Of a stretch of DNA of 64,000 nt, positions 8,359-17,482 are shown in pieces (position 1 is the stretch's first letter; each line of letters begins with the position of its first letter). The position numbers and the translations under genes were made by a program. The stretch covers positions 5,128 through 69,127 of the forward strand of contig JBGSIC010000026.1 of assembly GCA_041751875.1 (NCBI GenBank), in the 5' to 3' direction. Source of the DNA: Bdellovibrionota bacterium. GTDB lineage: Bacteria; Bdellovibrionota; FAC87; UBA2466; JACKAF01. The notes under the pieces are model-generated. The model searched no databases and was not told the DNA's origin. It saw only the letters and a program-made list of their open reading frames with translations.

Positions 8359-10107
8359 GTGAAGCAACTAGATTCCTTTTGGGCCCGGCACTGGGCGCTA
8401 CGCCGCCTGGCGGCCGAGTTTAAGCCCTATCGGGGGGCGATGGCCTCCGTTATCGCGTTGGGCGTTGTTATTTCTTTGATCCAGCCTTTCTGTGCGAAAT
8501 TGACCGAACGCGTGATCGACGACCTTCAAAAGGGGGCGAGCGAGCGCTTCTTTATTACTTTGCCCCTTATTCTGATCGCCGCTTTTTTGGTTAGCGGTGT
8601 CGCTAAGTTTTTCTACAACAGCGTGCGCCGGACGGTCTCGCAAGAAGTCGTTTGTTCCTTACGTTCCCGCCTTTTTGAAAAGTTTGTTCACTTTCCCTTG
8701 GAAAAGTTGCAAGGCACCCGTTCGGGCGAAATGCTTTCCACCATTCAAAACGATCTGGTCCAGGTAGACGCGGGAGCCGAAACCTTTTGTGATCTCATTA
8801 AGGAACCCGTGGCTTTTATTGGTTTGATGGGCGTTGCCTTTTACGCCAACTGGAAGCTCGCTCTTGCGACCTTGGTAGTAGCGCCCGTGGTGGCGTGGCT
8901 TTTTGCGGCAACCGGACAAGCGGTTAAGCGTTATAGCGTGCGGTGCCTTATGCGCTTTTCCGAGCTTATTACTTTGAGTCAGGAAAGTTTGGTGGGTGCC
9001 CATATCGTCAAAGTGTTTGGTTTGGAAAAGACCCTCATCGAAAAGTTTCAAGCTATTCAGGAAGAGTATTTTCGTACCCTAAGGAAGTCGATTCGCGTGC
9101 AGGAGATGAATGTTCCCGTGGTGGAACTTATTGGGGCGCTCCTGATGGCAGGGGTGTTGGCCTACGGAGGGTACCAAATTTCTCTAGGACTGATGACTGC
9201 GGGACAGCTCATCGCTTTTGTAGTGGCTATCGGACTCGCGCAGATGCCGGTAAAGCAGCTCAACAGTGCTTTTATTCGTATGCGGATTGCCCAAGCAGCG
9301 GCAGAGAGAATTTATACTTTTTTGGGAGCGGATGTTCCCGTGGTGGCAAACCAGTCTAATGCGTTGGCGTTTAACGACCGCATTGAGTTTCGCAGTGTCG
9401 GATTACACTATGGAGACAAAAGAGCCCTCGACCAAATTAATCTCGAAGTAAAACGCGGGGAGTGCGTGGCCTTTGTGGGATTTAGCGGGAGCGGTAAATC
9501 GAGCATCGTAAACTTGCTTCCGCGTCTTTACGAAGCCTCAGAAGGCGAAATTCTGATCGATGGGAAGAGCACGAAGTTTTACAGCTTGGATGATTTGCGC
9601 TCGCTCTTTTCTTTTGTAACGCAAGAGACTTTTTTGTTTAACGATTCCATTTACGAGAATATTCGTTACGGCAAGCCCAGTGCTACAAAAGAAGAAATCG
9701 AGCGAGCCGCTGAGCAGGCTCACTGTTTGAGTTTTATTTCGAGGTTCCCCGAAGGTTTTGAGCGCAAAGTCGGTGAGCGTGGAATGCAGCTCAGCGGGGG
9801 AGAAAGGCAGCGAGTGGCTATTGCTCGCGCCATCCTAAAGGGCGCGCCGATTTTGGTATTAGATGAGGCGACTTCGAGTCTTGATAGTGCTTCAGAAGCA
9901 ATCGTCCAGAAGGCGCTGGAATCGTTGATGCAGGGAAGAACCATTTTCTTGGTCGCTCACCGCTTTTCGACGGTTCGCAAAGCCAATCGTATTTATGTCA
10001 TTGAAGGGGGCAAGCTCAAGGAGGCAGGCACCCACCAAGACTTGCTCTCCAAGCAAGGCGTCTACACTCAACTCTTTACGCACCAAACCGCACCGGGCGT
10101 AGTCTAA
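8359..10107 (+). CDS. ABC exporter, fused permease/ATPase (MsbA-like lipid/glycolipid exporter)
   Basis: The N-terminal domain has six TM segments. The ATPase domain carries Walker A GFSGSGKSS, signature LSGGERQR and Walker B ILVLDEATS. GTG start. Confidence 0.85.
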   Translation: MKQLDSFWARHWALRRLAAEFKPYRGAMASVIALGVVISLIQPFCAKLTERVIDDLQKGASERFFITLPLILIAAFLVSGVAKFFYNSVRRTVSQEVVCSLRSRLFEKFVHFPLEKLQGTRSGEMLSTIQNDLVQVDAGAETFCDLIKEPVAFIGLMGVAFYANWKLALATLVVAPVVAWLFAATGQAVKRYSVRCLMRFSELITLSQESLVGAHIVKVFGLEKTLIEKFQAIQEEYFRTLRKSIRVQEMNVPVVELIGALLMAGVLAYGGYQISLGLMTAGQLIAFVVAIGLAQMPVKQLNSAFIRMRIAQAAAERIYTFLGADVPVVANQSNALAFNDRIEFRSVGLHYGDKRALDQINLEVKRGECVAFVGFSGSGKSSIVNLLPRLYEASEGEILIDGKSTKFYSLDDLRSLFSFVTQETFLFNDSIYENIRYGKPSATKEEIERAAEQAHCLSFISRFPEGFERKVGERGMQLSGGERQRVAIARAILKGAPILVLDEATSSLDSASEAIVQKALESLMQGRTIFLVAHRFSTVRKANRIYVIEGGKLKEAGTHQDLLSKQGVYTQLFTHQTAPGVV

Positions 10108-10134
10108 CTACCCTTGGAAACGCGATCTGAGTCC

Positions 10135-10485
10135 CTATTTTCCGGCGTTCGATTTTTTTAAGTTTTCTGGTAGGGGACGGCCTTCGACTTCCGATTCGGG
10201 AGAAGCGACTGAGCCCATTCCCAAATAGTCCTTCGTTTTTGAACAACCGTACATTTTCTTGATAAGCATTTCGTGCGCTTCGTTCTCCAGGTCCTTTAGC
10301 AGGTTGGCGCGCACCTGAAACGGCACGTGGGCATCGGTGGAATCGAGGTACGAAATGTACTCTTCAGCGACTTCACGTGTGAAGGCACCGATGTCATCGT
10401 AACTGCGATGGAACAGATTGTGTTCGAACAACTGATAGAGCGGATCCACAAAATGGTTTTCGCTCTTTTTTTCTTTTTGTTTCAT
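10135..10485 (-). CDS. hypothetical protein
   Basis: 116-aa ORF with an ATG start, no signal peptide and no recognisable motif. Confidence 0.45.
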   Translation of the reverse strand: MKQKEKKSENHFVDPLYQLFEHNLFHRSYDDIGAFTREVAEEYISYLDSTDAHVPFQVRANLLKDLENEAHEMLIKKMYGCSKTKDYLGMGSVASPESEVEGRPLPENLKKSNAGK

Positions 10486-10548
10486 AGGACGGCCTCGTAA
10501 AAGCTTCCGTACCTTCCCTGGGACAACAGTATCTACTCTACTTGCTAC

Positions 10549-10575
10549 GGCACCCGTGCCTGGCGCCTTTAGAAC
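10549..10575. repeat. intergenic palindromic motif copy (GGCAC-CC-GTGCC followed by GTGCCTGGCGCCTTTAGAAC)
   Basis: Positions 10556..10575 match 20602..20622 (GTGCCTGGCACCTTTTAGAAC) apart from one substitution and one T indel. Both copies are intergenic. Confidence 0.6.
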
Positions 10576-10741
10576 GCGATCATGGAGAGTGTTTCACAAT
10601 TGATCAACATAACGCATTGAATTCACAGGTAAATGAACTGAAAAACGGCGCGCTGTATACAGGGTGTATTCAAACCAACCACACGTCTTATTAAAGCTGT
10701 TGATATTATTAGTCTTTTTTGCGGGTCGACGGGTCCGAACT

Positions 10742-10757
10742 TGGCCGTTCCCTTGCA
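10742..10757 (+). promoter_or_regulatory. sigma-54 type promoter candidate (weaker)
   Basis: TGGCCG-TTCCC-TTGCA has two mismatches in the -24 hexamer and a perfect -12 element with correct spacing. The predicted leader to ATG 10814 is about 46 nt. Confidence 0.3.
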
Positions 10758-10813
10758 ATTCTAAGGGGTGTCATCCCAGTTTCTAGGCTGGGCAATTGTG
10801 AGGCGACAACAGA

Positions 10814-11275
10814 ATGCGCACCGCGTTTAGACATTCTATTCGATCTACTTTGATCTTCTTCATTGCGATATTGACGCTCTGCGCCTGCGAACGCCGCTGC
10901 CAGCAGTTGCCGGAACAGCCCTTTCAGAGCGTTTCAGATACCGAATGGCGATTGGTGCGCTCCACTGCACGCGGCGATGAGGGCCTGGACGCCTTTAACT
11001 TCTATATTCTGAAGCTCGATCAAGCCATGACGATTGAGATTTACTACGTCCGCAACAATCGGCGTGATCCGGAACCCACCTATTACGGCAGCTACTATGT
11101 GCCGAGTGAGGGGGTCATTATTGCGGAGCTGCAAACAGCCCAAAGCTCAGGCGCCCAAAGTGTCCAGTACCAGTTCGACCTCAGCAACCGCTTGTACCTG
11201 TATGCCGGTGGGGCGACCATGGAATTCTACCCCTTCGAAGGCATCGTTAAGCCCGACAACTTGTGCACATTCTAG
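10814..11275 (+). CDS. hypothetical lipoprotein-like secreted protein
   Basis: 153 aa. The N-terminus is basic then hydrophobic and ends in LTLCAC, which is lipobox-like. A GAGG Shine-Dalgarno sequence lies upstream. Confidence 0.6.
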   Translation: MRTAFRHSIRSTLIFFIAILTLCACERRCQQLPEQPFQSVSDTEWRLVRSTARGDEGLDAFNFYILKLDQAMTIEIYYVRNNRRDPEPTYYGSYYVPSEGVIIAELQTAQSSGAQSVQYQFDLSNRLYLYAGGATMEFYPFEGIVKPDNLCTF

Positions 11276-11332
11276 AGGTGCCAGGTCCCTTTCCGTACTG
11301 CGTCCGGAAAGGGCACAGGCACCTGTCTTTTT
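11276..11332 (+). terminator. Rho-independent terminator built from a nested palindrome (repeat-family copy A)
   Basis: The structure is AGGTGCC-aggt-CCCTTTCCG-tactgcgtc-CGGAAAGGG-caca-GGCACCT followed by gtcTTTTT. It starts 1 nt after the TAG stop at 11275. Confidence 0.6.
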
Positions 11333-11435
11333 AATTGCGACCATATCCTATCTACGTTATGACTCTGGCAAAGGGGCTATCCTCCTTATTTTAAGGCCCT
11401 TTTTCTAACCCTTTTCTAGGATAGAAGGAGAGTAC

Positions 11436-11939
11436 ATGGCGTCGAAAAATCTGAAAGCCGAGTTGCAAAAAGTGTTGCACTCGAAGGTGTTGAAAGATCT
11501 CACTCATCAGCTAAACGGCTACGAACAAAAAGTGAGAACGCTTGCGAAAGATTTTAACCTGAAGAGCCAAGAGGCGCGCAAACGCAGCAAAAAACAGGTC
11601 GACGAATTCTCCGCGCGTTTAAAGAAAACCCGCAAAGAAGTGGAAAAGACGCTTAAGAGTCTCTTGCAGCAGGAATCGAAACTGCTCAATGAACACTTCA
11701 GCGAATTGGCCAAGCATCTGAAAATGCTTTCGGCCCAAGATCAGCAGAAGGCGACCGCCGCGAAGACAAAGAAAAAAACTTCGAAGAGCAAAGCCAAAGC
11801 TTCCAAGCGCCCCGTCAAAGCCAAGGGCAAAAAGAACACGCGTCTTGAAACGCTAAAAGGCCTTCGCGGCGCTTCTCAACCTGAGATCATCAGCAGTGTA
11901 CCTGTTGTTCCTCAGGAAGAGGGCAGCGCGAGCCGATAG
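11436..11939 (+). CDS. hypothetical coiled-coil protein with Lys-rich (histone-H1-like) C-terminal tail
   Basis: 167 aa. The N-terminal two thirds are charged and heptad-like. The C-terminal tail is KTKKKTSKSKAKASKRPVKAKGKK. A GGAGAG Shine-Dalgarno sequence lies upstream. Confidence 0.6.
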   Translation: MASKNLKAELQKVLHSKVLKDLTHQLNGYEQKVRTLAKDFNLKSQEARKRSKKQVDEFSARLKKTRKEVEKTLKSLLQQESKLLNEHFSELAKHLKMLSAQDQQKATAAKTKKKTSKSKAKASKRPVKAKGKKNTRLETLKGLRGASQPEIISSVPVVPQEEGSASR

Positions 11940-11947
11940 CGGACAGT

Positions 11948-12880
11948 GTGCGCGTTTTTCACGGATTAGAACAAGCAACACAAGAAAACCAGCGCTTCGC
12001 CGTGGCGATTGGCAATTTTGATGGTTGCCACTTGGGTCATGTAGCGTTGATTACGCGTTTGCGTCAGGCGGCAAAGAAGCATCAGCTTCCTTCGCTGGTT
12101 CTGACTTTTTACCCTCATCCCGTGGAAGTTCTTAACCCCCAGAAAAAACTCAAACGCCTTACGACAACCTCAGAAAAGCTCTCCTGCTTTGAAGCCTTGG
12201 GAGTGGAGTACGTTTTGGTGGAAGCTTTTAACGAAAAGCTCGCCCAGTTATCCCCTCAGGCGTTTTTCGAGGCCTATCTCGACAAAGGACTTAAAGCGAA
12301 AAGTCTGCATGTGGGATTTAACTTTTCATTTGGAAAGAATCGAAGTGGGAGCACGGAAACGCTTCAGAGCTTTTGCGAAAAGACAGGAACAGAGTTGGAA
12401 ATTACTCCTGCCTTTCAGAAGGATGGGGAACGGGTCAGTAGTTCCTTGATTCGACAGCTCGTGGAATGGGGGGAGGTGGAGAAGGCAGAACAGTACTTGG
12501 GCCGCCCCTATTCGATGCTGGGCCAGATAGCGCATGGTGATGGCAGGGGCTTGAAAATGGGTTTCCCTACGGCGAACCTGCGTTACCCCGCTGACAAGGT
12601 CCTCCCGAAGCGAGGCGTCTACGTGACCCGCGCCATCTGGCAGAAGCAGGCCTTTCTGTCTGTCACTAATGTCGGGGTGCGACCGACCTATGGCCAAGAA
12701 GAAACGCTGCATGTAGAAGCACATCTTTTAAATTGCGATGCGAAGTTATACGATGAATTCATTCAGTTAGACTTTTTGCGCCGTTTGCGGGACGAGAAAA
12801 AGTTCGCTTCTGAAGAGGAACTGGTTGCGCAAATTAAAGAAGACGTTGCTCGTGCTAAGAAAGAATTTCCAAGCGTCTGA
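11948..12880 (+). CDS. ribF: bifunctional riboflavin kinase / FMN adenylyltransferase
   Basis: AIGNFDGCHLGH marks the N-terminal adenylyltransferase domain and GFPTANL the C-terminal riboflavin kinase domain. 310 aa with a GTG start. Confidence 0.9.
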   Translation: MRVFHGLEQATQENQRFAVAIGNFDGCHLGHVALITRLRQAAKKHQLPSLVLTFYPHPVEVLNPQKKLKRLTTTSEKLSCFEALGVEYVLVEAFNEKLAQLSPQAFFEAYLDKGLKAKSLHVGFNFSFGKNRSGSTETLQSFCEKTGTELEITPAFQKDGERVSSSLIRQLVEWGEVEKAEQYLGRPYSMLGQIAHGDGRGLKMGFPTANLRYPADKVLPKRGVYVTRAIWQKQAFLSVTNVGVRPTYGQEETLHVEAHLLNCDAKLYDEFIQLDFLRRLRDEKKFASEEELVAQIKEDVARAKKEFPSV

Positions 12881-12917
12881 TCGCTGTCTTAGCTCCGGCG
12901 CTTTTTGAGGGAGCACT

Positions 12918-14321
12918 ATGGCCGTTAGCGGTCCACATATCATCATCATGGCGGCGGGTAAGGGTAAGCGCATGCAGTCCCAGCAGCCAAAAGTCCTGCA
13001 CGAAGTTTTGTGTCGCCCTCTTATTGAACATGTCGTTCACATGGCCTGCTCGATCCCCCACCAGTCTGTTTCCGTGGTCGTGGGAGCTCAGGACGAGGGT
13101 ATTCGCCACGCCTGCAAGGCCTATCCTGAGGTGCAGTTCATTCGCCAAGACCCTCCCCTAGGTACCGGTCACGCCGTTTTGTGCGCCAAAGATCTCTTTA
13201 AAGACCGATCGGGGGATGTTCTGGTTCTCAACGGTGATGTAGTCGGTTTAAGCCGTGAAACTTTGGAAGGTTTTATACAAAGCCATTCAAGGGGCAGTTA
13301 CTCCGCTTCCGTTTTGAGCATGAAACTGGAGAATCCCACTGGTTACGGTCGTATCCTTCGCGATGGTTCGCAGAAAATGCAGGGTATTCGGGAAGAAAAA
13401 GATGCGAGCGAATCGGAACGCAAAGTGCGGGAAGTGAACTGTGGAATTTATCTTTTTGCTAAGACGCCACTGTTTGAGTGCTTGGGCAGTGTCCAACAAA
13501 AAAATTCGCAAAAAGAATACTATCTGACTGACGTACTCGGCCTTCTTGTAGACAAGAATCAGAAAATCGAAGCACATCCCATTTCGGATTCTCGTGAAGC
13601 TTTGGGAATTAATGATCGTAAAGAGCTTTATGAAGTAGAAAAGTTTCTCCAGCAGCGGGTAAACGATGCGCTCATGCGTAAAGGAGTAACGCTAAGGCAT
13701 CCTGAAACCATTTTCATTGATCCTTACGCGGAAATTGCCACCGATGTGGAAATTGAAGGAAATTGTGTGATCGCACGCAGTGAGATTGGGACCGGCACGC
13801 GAGTCGAAAGTGGTTGTCGCGTTCTGGGTTCTCGCATTGGTCAAAACGTTCATCTCAAGCAAGGTTCTTATTTAGAACAAAGCGAAGTGGGAGAGGGGAG
13901 TGTGGTGGGCCCTTACGCACATCTGCGGCCGGCCTCGAAGTTAGGGAAGAACGTAAAGATCGGAAATTTTGTAGAAGTTAAGAAAGCGGAGATGGGTGAG
14001 GGATCCAAGGCGTCGCATTTGAGTTATATCGGTGACGCGATTATTGGGAAGAATGTGAATCTGGGTTGCGGTTTTATTACATGTAATTACGACGGTAAAA
14101 ATAAGCACCAAACCACCATTGAGGATGACGTGTTTGTGGGAAGCGATTCTCAGACAGTTGCCCCTCTCCGAGTGGGAAAAGGGGCCTATGTGGCTTCCGG
14201 TACGACACTGACAAAAGATGTCCCCCCGGGGGATCTCGCTATCGCGCGCACACGACAAGAAAACAAAAAGGGTTTCGCCCAAAAGCTACAGAGCAAACTA
14301 CAGAGCAAAAAAGGCAACTAA
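12918..14321 (+). CDS. glmU: bifunctional UDP-N-acetylglucosamine pyrophosphorylase / glucosamine-1-phosphate N-acetyltransferase
   Basis: MAAGKGKRM forms the nucleotidyltransferase loop. The C-terminus has hexapeptide-repeat beta-helix sequence. 467 aa, ending 3 nt upstream of glmS. Confidence 0.9.
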   Translation: MAVSGPHIIIMAAGKGKRMQSQQPKVLHEVLCRPLIEHVVHMACSIPHQSVSVVVGAQDEGIRHACKAYPEVQFIRQDPPLGTGHAVLCAKDLFKDRSGDVLVLNGDVVGLSRETLEGFIQSHSRGSYSASVLSMKLENPTGYGRILRDGSQKMQGIREEKDASESERKVREVNCGIYLFAKTPLFECLGSVQQKNSQKEYYLTDVLGLLVDKNQKIEAHPISDSREALGINDRKELYEVEKFLQQRVNDALMRKGVTLRHPETIFIDPYAEIATDVEIEGNCVIARSEIGTGTRVESGCRVLGSRIGQNVHLKQGSYLEQSEVGEGSVVGPYAHLRPASKLGKNVKIGNFVEVKKAEMGEGSKASHLSYIGDAIIGKNVNLGCGFITCNYDGKNKHQTTIEDDVFVGSDSQTVAPLRVGKGAYVASGTTLTKDVPPGDLAIARTRQENKKGFAQKLQSKLQSKKGN

Positions 14322-14324
14322 CCT

Positions 14325-16199
14325 ATGTGCGGAATTATCGGCTACGTCGGACACCGACAATCTAAAGAAGTCCTCATCAACGCCTTGAGGCGTCTCGAAT
14401 ACCGGGGCTACGACTCGGCCGGTATCGCCGTGCTTCAAGATAAGACGGTTGAATTGCATCGCGTGGAAGGTCGGATTGAAGGCCTGGTCGAGAAAATTAA
14501 AAACAAATCGATCGTAGGGACTACAGGAATTGGTCATACACGCTGGGCCACTCATGGCGCTGCGGTTGAAATGAACGCGCACCCCCATCGGGTGGGCTCG
14601 GTTATCTTGGTTCACAACGGGATTATCGAAAACTACGCCTCGCTTCGGGATGATTTAATCGGGCGTGGGCGCAAGATGGGCAGCGACACCGATTCAGAGA
14701 TTGTCGCGCATTTAATTGACCTAGAAATTGAAGCAGGTGCGACGTTAGAAAAAGCCGTGCGTACGGTTTTGCCTAAGTTAAGGGGAACTTATGCGTTTGT
14801 GATCTTGTCTGAAAAAAGCCCTAAGGAAATTGTAGGGGTTCGAAACGGTTGCCCGCTACTGATCGGAGTGGGCGAAGGGGAAAGCTTTTTTGCCTCCGAT
14901 GTTCAAGCCGTATTGTCCTACACCAACAAGGTAGTTTATCTCGAGGACAATCAGGTCGCTATTATTGATGTAGGCGGAGTGAAGGTAACGGACGCGGCCG
15001 GCAAAGCAATGGAAGTCGCGGTAAAAACCATTAAGTGGTCGGCAGATGAAATCGATAAGGCGGGATACGATCACTACATGCTCAAGGAAATCTATGAGCA
15101 GCCGCAGGCTATTGCCAACACGATTGAAGGCAACATTGATCACAAGAACGAAATTATCCGATTAATTGGACTGGTAGAACACGAACGCCTCTTTCACAAA
15201 ATTAACCGCGTTCTCATTGTAGCGTGCGGAACCTCACTGCACGCTGGTCTGATTGGTAAGTATTACATAGAGCAGTTTGCGCATATTCCTGCCGATGTCG
15301 ATTACGCTTCGGAATTCCGGTACCGTAATCCCGTTCTGACCCCTGATACCTTATGCATTTTCATTTCGCAGTCGGGTGAAACCGCCGACACCTTGGCGGC
15401 TTTACGTGCGGTGAAGAAGAACGGAATTCCCTCACTCGTCATCTGCAATGTGCGCGAGAGCTCTCTAGCTCGAGCTGGGGACATGGTGCTCTATACCAAC
15501 GCGGGGCCCGAGATTGGCGTTGCGTCGACCAAAGCGTTTACCACCCAGGTCGCGATGCTCTATATGTTTGCGGTTCAAGTGGGGCACCTGCGCAAGAGTA
15601 TGGTGCATGAACGTTTCAAAGAACTCACCAAGCGGCTCATTCATTTGCCCATTTTGGTGGAAAAGACGCTTTCCTTGGACAACGAGATCCAAAAGATTGC
15701 TCGGAAGTACCATGGATTTAGCTGCTTCTTTTATGTAGGGCGCGGTATCTATTACCCGGTTGCTCTGGAGGGAGCTCTCAAACTGAAGGAGATTAGTTAC
15801 CTACACGCAGAAGGTTATCCGGCGGGCGAGTTGAAACACGGGCCGATTGCGCTGGTGGCACCGGATGTAGTGACTCTGGTGCTAAACCCAAAATCTGTGG
15901 CCGATCCTTCTAATCCCAGCCGGCCTGCCGAACTGAGTCAGATGTATTACGAGAAAGTGATGTCTAACCTCGAAGAGGTCAAAGCTCGCAAAGGGGAAAT
16001 TGTCAGCATTGGTACGCAGGGAGATGAAACGTTGAGAAAAAGTTCTCACCACTTCTTGGAGTTACCGCCTGCGGCGTGGGGGTTAAACTCGATTCTTTTA
16101 TCGATTCCCTTACAGCTTTTTGCCTATCACGTTGCACAAATGCGCGGCACCGACGTAGACAAACCCCGCAACTTAGCCAAGAGCGTTACGGTAGAATAA
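14325..16199 (+). CDS. glmS: glutamine--fructose-6-phosphate aminotransferase
   Basis: MCGIIGY provides the N-terminal nucleophile Cys. Two SIS domains follow, and the C-terminus is KPRNLAKSVTVE. 624 aa. Confidence 0.95.
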   Translation: MCGIIGYVGHRQSKEVLINALRRLEYRGYDSAGIAVLQDKTVELHRVEGRIEGLVEKIKNKSIVGTTGIGHTRWATHGAAVEMNAHPHRVGSVILVHNGIIENYASLRDDLIGRGRKMGSDTDSEIVAHLIDLEIEAGATLEKAVRTVLPKLRGTYAFVILSEKSPKEIVGVRNGCPLLIGVGEGESFFASDVQAVLSYTNKVVYLEDNQVAIIDVGGVKVTDAAGKAMEVAVKTIKWSADEIDKAGYDHYMLKEIYEQPQAIANTIEGNIDHKNEIIRLIGLVEHERLFHKINRVLIVACGTSLHAGLIGKYYIEQFAHIPADVDYASEFRYRNPVLTPDTLCIFISQSGETADTLAALRAVKKNGIPSLVICNVRESSLARAGDMVLYTNAGPEIGVASTKAFTTQVAMLYMFAVQVGHLRKSMVHERFKELTKRLIHLPILVEKTLSLDNEIQKIARKYHGFSCFFYVGRGIYYPVALEGALKLKEISYLHAEGYPAGELKHGPIALVAPDVVTLVLNPKSVADPSNPSRPAELSQMYYEKVMSNLEEVKARKGEIVSIGTQGDETLRKSSHHFLELPPAAWGLNSILLSIPLQLFAYHVAQMRGTDVDKPRNLAKSVTVE

Positions 16200-16359
16200 A
16201 CTCACCCCCGGCGACGCGCAAACCTCGCGAGCAAGTTCGTTTAGAATTGCTGCCAGGTAGAGCGAGACGAGCCAAAGGCTAAAGTGACCTGACACCTTTA
16301 TGGAAATGTCTGCTAGAATAATTCCCACTTCACTTTTATTTCTCCCGGGAGACATTTCT

Positions 16360-16479
16360 ATGAAAAACGTTTTTTATCTTATCGCGCTTGCATTTATTTT
16401 TACGGCAGCTTCCCTCACGCTTACGAAGTGTGGAGCGGGTACCGTAAGCGGAACGCTCAGCATTAAGAATATCAACTAA
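16360..16479 (+). CDS. possible 39-aa secreted/lipoprotein-like peptide
   Basis: My own translation is MKNVFYLIALAFIFTAASLTLTKCGAGTVSGTLSIKNIN*. It has a signal-peptide-like start followed by Cys. It is below the ORF-track size cutoff. It is in the same frame as ORF 16492..17469, separated by one TAA and four codons. Confidence 0.3.
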   Translation: MKNVFYLIALAFIFTAASLTLTKCGAGTVSGTLSIKNIN

Positions 16480-16491
16480 ATAGGAAATCCC

Positions 16492-17469
16492 ATGGCCAAA
16501 TACCTTAGTTTTTTTCTGATCGTAGTTTCGAGTGTTGCATTAGCGGGGGGAAATGAAAGTAGCTTTACTCCCACGAGTATCCTCACCCCCATCATGAGGA
16601 TTACGTTGGTAAACTCTTCCTCTAGAAACAATTCGGAGATCTACGAATGCAGCGCCGGGACGGAGAGCGGCTGCTTAGTAGACGTGGCGGACAACGCGGC
16701 CCTGGCGGCTTTGGTCAGCACGATTACAGTAGATGAAGGAGAATATGACCAGATTCAGGTGGGTACCTGTAATGACAGCGGTTACAGCTCCCAGGTGAAA
16801 GGAACCGTGGTTCTGGGCGGTACCACTTATTACACCGCACTGAACTCCAATGCGACTCCCCATGATGTTCTTTCCACCACGGCGGGAAATCTTGACTATG
16901 TGACGGTAGACTTCACAGGTTGTGCCGCAACATACAATTTGCCCAGCACGTTGACGGTGACCGCAGATTCCTCCGTCAATATCAGCCTGCTTTTATCCAC
17001 CACGAATATTGCGTGGGCGCGCCTAGGAACTGCCACCGTTCCCAGCGGTTGTGCGGAAAGCGCTGATAATGCCCGTAGCGCCTGCATCGCCTATCCCGAT
17101 GTTGCACCCGTTCTAGGCACCGCCAGTCCGACACTGGAGGCTTATCATGTGTGTGAGGGGGCAGCCTGCGCGGAAAACACGGCAAGTGGCCAGATACTGC
17201 TTTTGTTTGACACAGTCGATAATTTCTTAGGGGGCTTTACACGACGGCTTTTGTCGCAAACCTCGGCTACGCCAAGTGTAAACTACGACACGGCTTTCCG
17301 CGTGTTCTCGAAGATCGATTCCACGCATGTCAGCTTTGCGAACTATGGAAGTTCCTCAACGACAAGCTACGTCACTTTTAACAACTTCACGCGAGCCGAT
17401 CACCAAGGCACGATGATCAATAATCAGGGTGGTGATGCCAGCATTACTTATGAAGCGTATAGACAGTAA
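16492..17469 (+). CDS. hypothetical secreted Ser/Thr-rich, multi-Cys protein
   Basis: 325 aa with signal peptide MAKYLSFFLIVVSSVALAGG. There are about ten Cys residues and no motif I recognise. Confidence 0.6.
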   Translation: MAKYLSFFLIVVSSVALAGGNESSFTPTSILTPIMRITLVNSSSRNNSEIYECSAGTESGCLVDVADNAALAALVSTITVDEGEYDQIQVGTCNDSGYSSQVKGTVVLGGTTYYTALNSNATPHDVLSTTAGNLDYVTVDFTGCAATYNLPSTLTVTADSSVNISLLLSTTNIAWARLGTATVPSGCAESADNARSACIAYPDVAPVLGTASPTLEAYHVCEGAACAENTASGQILLLFDTVDNFLGGFTRRLLSQTSATPSVNYDTAFRVFSKIDSTHVSFANYGSSSTTSYVTFNNFTRADHQGTMINNQGGDASITYEAYRQ

Positions 17470-17482
17470 GTTCCGTTACTTT

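Noticed and set aside
14286-14309. Tandem direct repeat CTACAGAGCAAA x2
   Set aside because: It lies inside the glmU 3' end and simply encodes a duplicated LQSK in the non-conserved C-terminal tail. It has no structural or regulatory implication.
12881-16199. glmS ribozyme / riboswitch leaders before ribF, glmU, glmS, mtnA or nadE
   Set aside because: The intergenic spacers are 3-60 nt, too short for the known FMN, glmS, SAM or NAD riboswitch folds, and no conserved cores were seen.
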